DNA of 40,000 nt from an uncultured Actinomycetes bacterium (GTDB lineage: Bacteria > Actinomycetota > Actinomycetes > Acidothermales > Acidothermaceae). The notes under the pieces are model-generated. The model did no database searches. It was given only the letters and a program-made list of their open reading frames with translations, and had not been told where the DNA came from. A program made the translations under genes and the position numbers. Positions 35,783-40,000 of the stretch are shown in pieces. The first letter of the stretch is position 1, and every line of letters begins with the position of its first letter. The stretch covers positions 15,632 through 55,631 of the forward strand of contig CAVTTP010000008.1 of assembly GCA_963737705.1 (NCBI GenBank). The letters are read 5' to 3'.

Positions 35783-36708
35783 GCCTGCCTGCTGCGCTTG
35801 CCCGGGATCTCACCGAGGCTGGGCTTGATCCCGCTGCTGTTGAGACTTTGGTGGCCGGAGCGCTCGCGGAGGATTTGGCCGGCGGCGTTGACGTGACCAG
35901 CGTTGCGGTCATTGCGGCTGACGACGAAGCGGTCGCCGACTTCGTGTCTCGCGCGCACGGGGTGATCGCGGGTATACCGATCGCAGCGGCCGTGCTGTGG
36001 ATTGCATCTGGCGGAGCCGTTGAGATCAACGAAGGCGTCGTCGACGGCATGCGCGTGGAACCAGGCACGCTCGTCTTGTCGGCAGCGGGCGCGACGCGCT
36101 CGCTGCTTACCGCCGAACGCACCGCGTTGAACCTGCTCGGGCATCTCTCCGGCATCGCGACCCTCACCCGCACGTGGGTCGACGCCATTGCGGGCAGTGG
36201 AGCCGCGATTCGCGACACCAGGAAGACGACACCGGGTTTGCGTGCGCTGGAGAAGTACGCGGTCCGGTGCGGGGGCGGAGTGAACCATCGAATGTCGTTG
36301 TCCGATGCAGCCTTGATCAAGGACAACCACGTGGTCGCTGCAGGTGGAGTTGCGGCGGCATTCCGTGCGGTGCGCGAAGCGTTTCCGCAACTTCCGGTCG
36401 AGGTCGAGTGTGACACCGTCGAGCAGGTAGGTGAGGCGCTCGAGGCGGGCGCTGATCTCATCCTGCTCGACAACATGTCGCTGGATTCGATGCGAGCCTC
36501 AGTCGCGTTGGTGCGCGAGCGCGGTAGCTCGTGCCGACTGGAAGCAAGCGGTGGGCTGACACTGGCGACTGCCGCAGCCGTTGCCGCGACCGGTGTCGAC
36601 TACCTCTCTGTTGGTGCTCTGACACACTCTGCGCCGGTGCTCGACATCGGCGTCGACCTGCGGGCCGTGCACCTGCGATCAAGGAGTACCGATGCTGCTG
36701 ACGATTGA
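35779..36708 (+). CDS. nadC: Nicotinate-nucleotide pyrophosphorylase (carboxylating)
   Basis: 309 aa with TAERTALNLL, DTRKTTPGLR and LLDNM motifs. A short C-terminal extension overlaps the coaX start. Confidence 0.92.
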   Translation: MSLPAALARDLTEAGLDPAAVETLVAGALAEDLAGGVDVTSVAVIAADDEAVADFVSRAHGVIAGIPIAAAVLWIASGGAVEINEGVVDGMRVEPGTLVLSAAGATRSLLTAERTALNLLGHLSGIATLTRTWVDAIAGSGAAIRDTRKTTPGLRALEKYAVRCGGGVNHRMSLSDAALIKDNHVVAAGGVAAAFRAVREAFPQLPVEVECDTVEQVGEALEAGADLILLDNMSLDSMRASVALVRERGSSCRLEASGGLTLATAAAVAATGVDYLSVGALTHSAPVLDIGVDLRAVHLRSRSTDAADD

Positions 36709-37462
36709 CGTCGGCAATACCCAGACCGTGCTAGGGCTCTTCGAGGGCGAGCGGATCGTTGAGCATTGGCGACTCGCCACAGATCCGCGACGCTCTGCTG
36801 ATGAGCTGGGGCTGCTCGTCACCGGATTGCTGGGAGCTTCCGAGACGACTGATGGAACGGTTGACGGGATTGCATGCTGCTCGACCGTGCCGTCGGCATT
36901 GCGCGAGGTGCGGTCGATGTGCGAGCGCTGGTTTGGCGCGGTGCCGCTCGTTGTCGTTGAGCCAGGCATCCGTACTGGTGTGCCGGTGCTCTACGACAAC
37001 CCGAAAGAGGTAGGTGCCGACCGCATCGTGAACACGCTCGCCGCGTACATGTTGCACGGTGGGCCGGCCATCGTGGTCGACTTCGGGACGTCGACCAACT
37101 TCGACGTGGTCTCTGCAAAGGGTGAGTTTCTCGGCGGTGTGCTTGCGCCGGGCATCGAGATCTCGGTCGACGCGTTGGCCTCGCGCGCCGCTCAACTGAT
37201 GAAGGTGCAGCTAGTGCGGCCGCGGTCGGTGATCGGCAAGAACACCGTCGAATCCTTGCAGTCGGGGATCATCTACGGGTTCGCGTCGCAAGTCGACGGG
37301 ATCACCGAACGGATCATCGCCGAACTCGGGACGCCGGCCACGGTGATTGCTACCGGCGGGCTCGCCACTGTCGTGCTCGACGAATGCCGGCTCATCGACG
37401 TCCACGAGCCGTGGCTGACCTTGATCGGCCTGAGGTTGATGTTCGAACGGAATATCCCATGA
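36692..37462 (+). CDS. coaX: Type III pantothenate kinase
   Basis: 256 aa beginning MLLTIDVGNTQTVLGLF, with GADRIVN and VVDFGTSTNFD motifs. Confidence 0.93.
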   Translation: MLLTIDVGNTQTVLGLFEGERIVEHWRLATDPRRSADELGLLVTGLLGASETTDGTVDGIACCSTVPSALREVRSMCERWFGAVPLVVVEPGIRTGVPVLYDNPKEVGADRIVNTLAAYMLHGGPAIVVDFGTSTNFDVVSAKGEFLGGVLAPGIEISVDALASRAAQLMKVQLVRPRSVIGKNTVESLQSGIIYGFASQVDGITERIIAELGTPATVIATGGLATVVLDECRLIDVHEPWLTLIGLRLMFERNIP

Positions 37463-37493
37463 CGTCGCGTGCTCGGCCGATAGCCTTCCGCCC

Positions 37494-38978
37494 GTGAGTG
37501 ATGAGCTGCCCGAGCAGATGCAGGTGCGCCGCGAGAAGGTCGAGTGGTTGCGTGCGCAGGGCATCGAGCCGTATCCGGCCGGGTTCCCACGTACGGCGAC
37601 CATCGCGCAGGTTCGTGCGGCGCACGTTGATCTGCCGCCCGATACCGCAACCGGTGCGCATGTCGGCGTCGTCGGTCGCGTTGTGCTCGCGCGCAATTCC
37701 GGCAAGCTCTGTTTTGCGACGATCCGCGACGGGTCGGGCGAGATCCAGGTGATGATCTCGCTTGACCGGCTCGGTGCCGAATCGCTCGCACTGTGGAAGT
37801 CAGCGATCGATCTCGGCGACCACGTCGGAGTCGAGGGTGAGGTCATCACGTCGCGCAGTGGCGAGCTTTCCGTGCTCGCGGATTCGTGGGCGTTGACCGC
37901 CAAGTGCTTGCGGCCGCTGCCGGACAAGCACCGGGGACTCACGGATCCCGAATCGCGGGTCAGGCAGCGCTATGTCGATCTGATCGCGAACTCCGACGCT
38001 CGCGAGATGGTCAGGATCAAGGCCGCTGTGCTCGGGTCGGTGCGGGCGACACTCGCCCGCCACGGCTACCTCGAGGTCGAAACCCCGACCCTTCAGCTCC
38101 TGCACGGCGGCGCCGCCGCCCGGCCGTTCCAGACGCACCTCAACGCGTTCGACATCCCTATGTATCTCCGCATCGCCCTCGAGCTGTATCTCAAGCGGGT
38201 CGTGGTCGGCGGGATCGAGCGGGTCTACGAGATCGGACGGATCTTTCGCAATGAGGGTGTCGACTCGACCCACAGCCCCGAGTTCACGATGCTCGAGGCC
38301 TATGAGGCCTACGGCGACTACAACACGATGGCAGCCCTGACTCACGACATCGTTCTCGACGCCGCGCTTGCCGTTGGCACCCCACTGGTGCCCGATGGTC
38401 GCGGCGGGTCGATCGACCTCGGCGCCCCTTGGCGAACCATGACGATCCACCAGGCGGTTTCGCAGGCGGTCGGTGCGGAAGTCACGATCGACACCGATGT
38501 AGAAAATCTACGTGCGATAGCTGCGCGGTACGACTTTGCGTTGCCGCCAGGGCCGACTGGCCACGATCACGGGGTCGTCATTCTCGAATTGTTCGAGAAG
38601 CTTGTCGAGCACACTCTGGTCGAGCCGACATTCATCCGGGATTACCCGGTATCAGTCCGGCCCCTCGCGCGACCGCACCGCGACGATCCGCGATTGGTCG
38701 AGGCGTGGGATCTTGTCGTGAATGGTGTCGAACTCGCTCCCGCATACTCGGAATTGGTCGACCCAATCGAGCAGCGCCGGAGATTGACAGAACAGTCGCT
38801 ATTGGCTGCGGGTGGTGATCCCGAAGCCATGCAGCTTGACGAGGATTTCTTGCGTGCCCTCGAATATGGGGCACCGCCCATGGGCGGCCTCGGCCTCGGT
38901 ATCGATCGGCTGGTCATGCTGCTAACTGGCGAGGGCATTCGCGAGACGATCCTTTTCCCATTGGTCAGGCCTGAGTAA
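37494..38978 (+). CDS. lysS: Lysine--tRNA ligase (class II)
   Basis: 494 aa with an OB-fold anticodon-binding N-domain, class II motifs (FRNEG.. , GGLGLGIDRLVML) and a housekeeping LysRS length. Confidence 0.95.
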   Translation: MSDELPEQMQVRREKVEWLRAQGIEPYPAGFPRTATIAQVRAAHVDLPPDTATGAHVGVVGRVVLARNSGKLCFATIRDGSGEIQVMISLDRLGAESLALWKSAIDLGDHVGVEGEVITSRSGELSVLADSWALTAKCLRPLPDKHRGLTDPESRVRQRYVDLIANSDAREMVRIKAAVLGSVRATLARHGYLEVETPTLQLLHGGAAARPFQTHLNAFDIPMYLRIALELYLKRVVVGGIERVYEIGRIFRNEGVDSTHSPEFTMLEAYEAYGDYNTMAALTHDIVLDAALAVGTPLVPDGRGGSIDLGAPWRTMTIHQAVSQAVGAEVTIDTDVENLRAIAARYDFALPPGPTGHDHGVVILELFEKLVEHTLVEPTFIRDYPVSVRPLARPHRDDPRLVEAWDLVVNGVELAPAYSELVDPIEQRRRLTEQSLLAAGGDPEAMQLDEDFLRALEYGAPPMGGLGLGIDRLVMLLTGEGIRETILFPLVRPE

Positions 38979-39505
38979 TGCCCGTACCACCCGCCGACAT
39001 CGTCGTGCGTCGTGCCCGCACCGCCGATGTGAAGGCGATCAGAGGGTTCGTCGATGCCTACGCGCCTGAGCGCAAACTGTTGAATAAACCGACTGTCACC
39101 CTGTACGAAGACGTGCAGGAGTTCTGGGTTGCCGAGCAATCAGCGGGCGACGCCTCGCGTTCGGTCGTCGGCTGTGGCGCGCTGCACGTCATGTGGGAAG
39201 ACCTGGCCGAGGTGCGGACACTCGCCGTTGACCCCGCAATGCGGGCCAGGGGTATCGGGCATCTGCTGTTAGATCAATTGCAGCGCACCGCGCGCGAGCT
39301 GGGCGTGCGTCGACTCTTTTGTTTGACGTTTGAAGTTAAGTTCTTCAGCGAACACGGATTTTCAGAACTTGAAGGCGAGCCTGTTGCACCTGGCGTGTTC
39401 GAGGAACTCCTGCGGTCATATGATGAGGGTATTGCCGAGTTCCTGGATCTCGAACGCGTCAAGCCGAACACGCTGGGTAACACACGCATGATCAAGTATC
39501 TGTAG
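38978..39505 (+). CDS. GNAT-family amino-acid N-acetyltransferase (short ArgA-like)
   Basis: 175 aa with a TAATG overlap with lysS. GNAT core is LAVDPAMRARGIGHLLL. The 3' third is visibly AT-richer. Confidence 0.8.
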   Translation: MPVPPADIVVRRARTADVKAIRGFVDAYAPERKLLNKPTVTLYEDVQEFWVAEQSAGDASRSVVGCGALHVMWEDLAEVRTLAVDPAMRARGIGHLLLDQLQRTARELGVRRLFCLTFEVKFFSEHGFSELEGEPVAPGVFEELLRSYDEGIAEFLDLERVKPNTLGNTRMIKYL

Positions 39506-39563
39506 CGACCGACGCTATATTCCAAAATCGATCTCTAGCTCCTGTGTTTGAAAGGACAATCCC
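39506..39563 (+). promoter_or_regulatory. AT-rich intergenic region upstream of lsr2 (probable promoter and possible Lsr2 autoregulatory target)
   Basis: The sequence gctatattccaaaatcgatctctagctcctgtgtttgaaaggacaat is strikingly AT-rich for this genome. An AAAGGA SD-like element precedes GTG 39564. Confidence 0.4.
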
Positions 39564-39908
39564 GTGGCACAGAAAGTCCAGGTAACCCTTGTCGACGACC
39601 TCGACGGTAGCTCGGCTGATGAGACACTGACGTTCGGGCTGGACGGCGTTGCTTACGAGATCGATCTCAGTAGAAGCAATGCGAAGAAGTTTCGCGATTC
39701 GCTCAATCCCTATGTCGGCGCTGCTCGCCGGTCCGGAAGAGCCGCTCGCGCGGGTCGTCCGCGTGGCCGAGCCGGTCGCCGGCCCGCCGCCGGTAGTCAG
39801 GCACCGACGTCCGACATCCGGGCCTGGGCTCGGAGCAAGGGCATCAAGGTCAACGAGCGCGGCCGCATCTCAGCCGACATCGTCGCCAAGTACGAGGCCG
39901 CTCACTAG
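39564..39908 (+). CDS. lsr2: Nucleoid-associated protein Lsr2
   Basis: 114 aa beginning MAQKVQVTLVDDLDG..., with an Arg/Gly/Ala linker and the C-terminal AT-hook-like DNA-binding domain IRAWARSKGIKVNERGRISADIVAKYEAAH. Confidence 0.95.
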   Translation: MAQKVQVTLVDDLDGSSADETLTFGLDGVAYEIDLSRSNAKKFRDSLNPYVGAARRSGRAARAGRPRGRAGRRPAAGSQAPTSDIRAWARSKGIKVNERGRISADIVAKYEAAH

Positions 39909-40000
39909 CTGTTCGCTTCGAGCGCAACGGGTCCGTGTGGCGCCGCGGAACACCGCTCGGCAGGTCACAGTTGAGATTCAGTGTGGGCACGAACGCCCTT

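Overview
High-GC, densely coding chromosomal segment of Actinomycetota type, made up almost entirely of conserved housekeeping genes. Left part: a histidine-utilisation operon (hutH, cut by the window edge, then hutU, an M20 amidohydrolase, hutF, hutI). It is followed by a DUF222/HNH endonuclease gene that appears frameshifted and is the only mobile-like element seen. Next comes a small variable set: tandem-GNAT acetyltransferase, aldo/keto reductase, MDR dehydrogenase, PAP2-like membrane protein, and an M15 peptidase with a Pro/Ala/Ser linker. Then ideR, an uncharacterised 170-aa protein, a 56-aa CsbD-like gene absent from the ORF track, PIN-PhoH2, and a RipA-like NlpC/P60 hydrolase. Right part: a block syntenic with M. 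tuberculosis Rv3628 to Rv3597c. Its order is ppa / dacB, DUF2342 metalloprotease, tilS, hpt, ftsH, folE, MprF/LysX-type lysyltransferase domain protein, folP, folB, folK, DUF3180, bPH_2, YdbT-like, DUF2520, panC, nadB, nadC, coaX, lysS, GNAT, lsr2. Many of these genes are linked by 4-nt ATGA/GTGA overlaps, which suggests translational coupling. I saw no rRNA, tRNA, CRISPR array, transposase or recognisable defence island, and I do not find a convincing novel multi-gene system. The long antisense ORFs in the track are high-GC artefacts. The items most worth checking are small-scale. (1) The hutU/M20 junction: same frame, a stop-free spacer of 15-nt repeats, and no canonical start upstream of the conserved M20 N-terminus. 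(2) The CsbD leader, built from tandem 20-nt units. (3) A long AT-richer leader upstream of the NlpC/P60 gene. (4) A uORF plus hairpin in front of ftsH. (5) A stand-alone LysX-type lysyltransferase gene coupled to folP. (6) The uncharacterised DUF3180/PH-domain genes between folK and panC.
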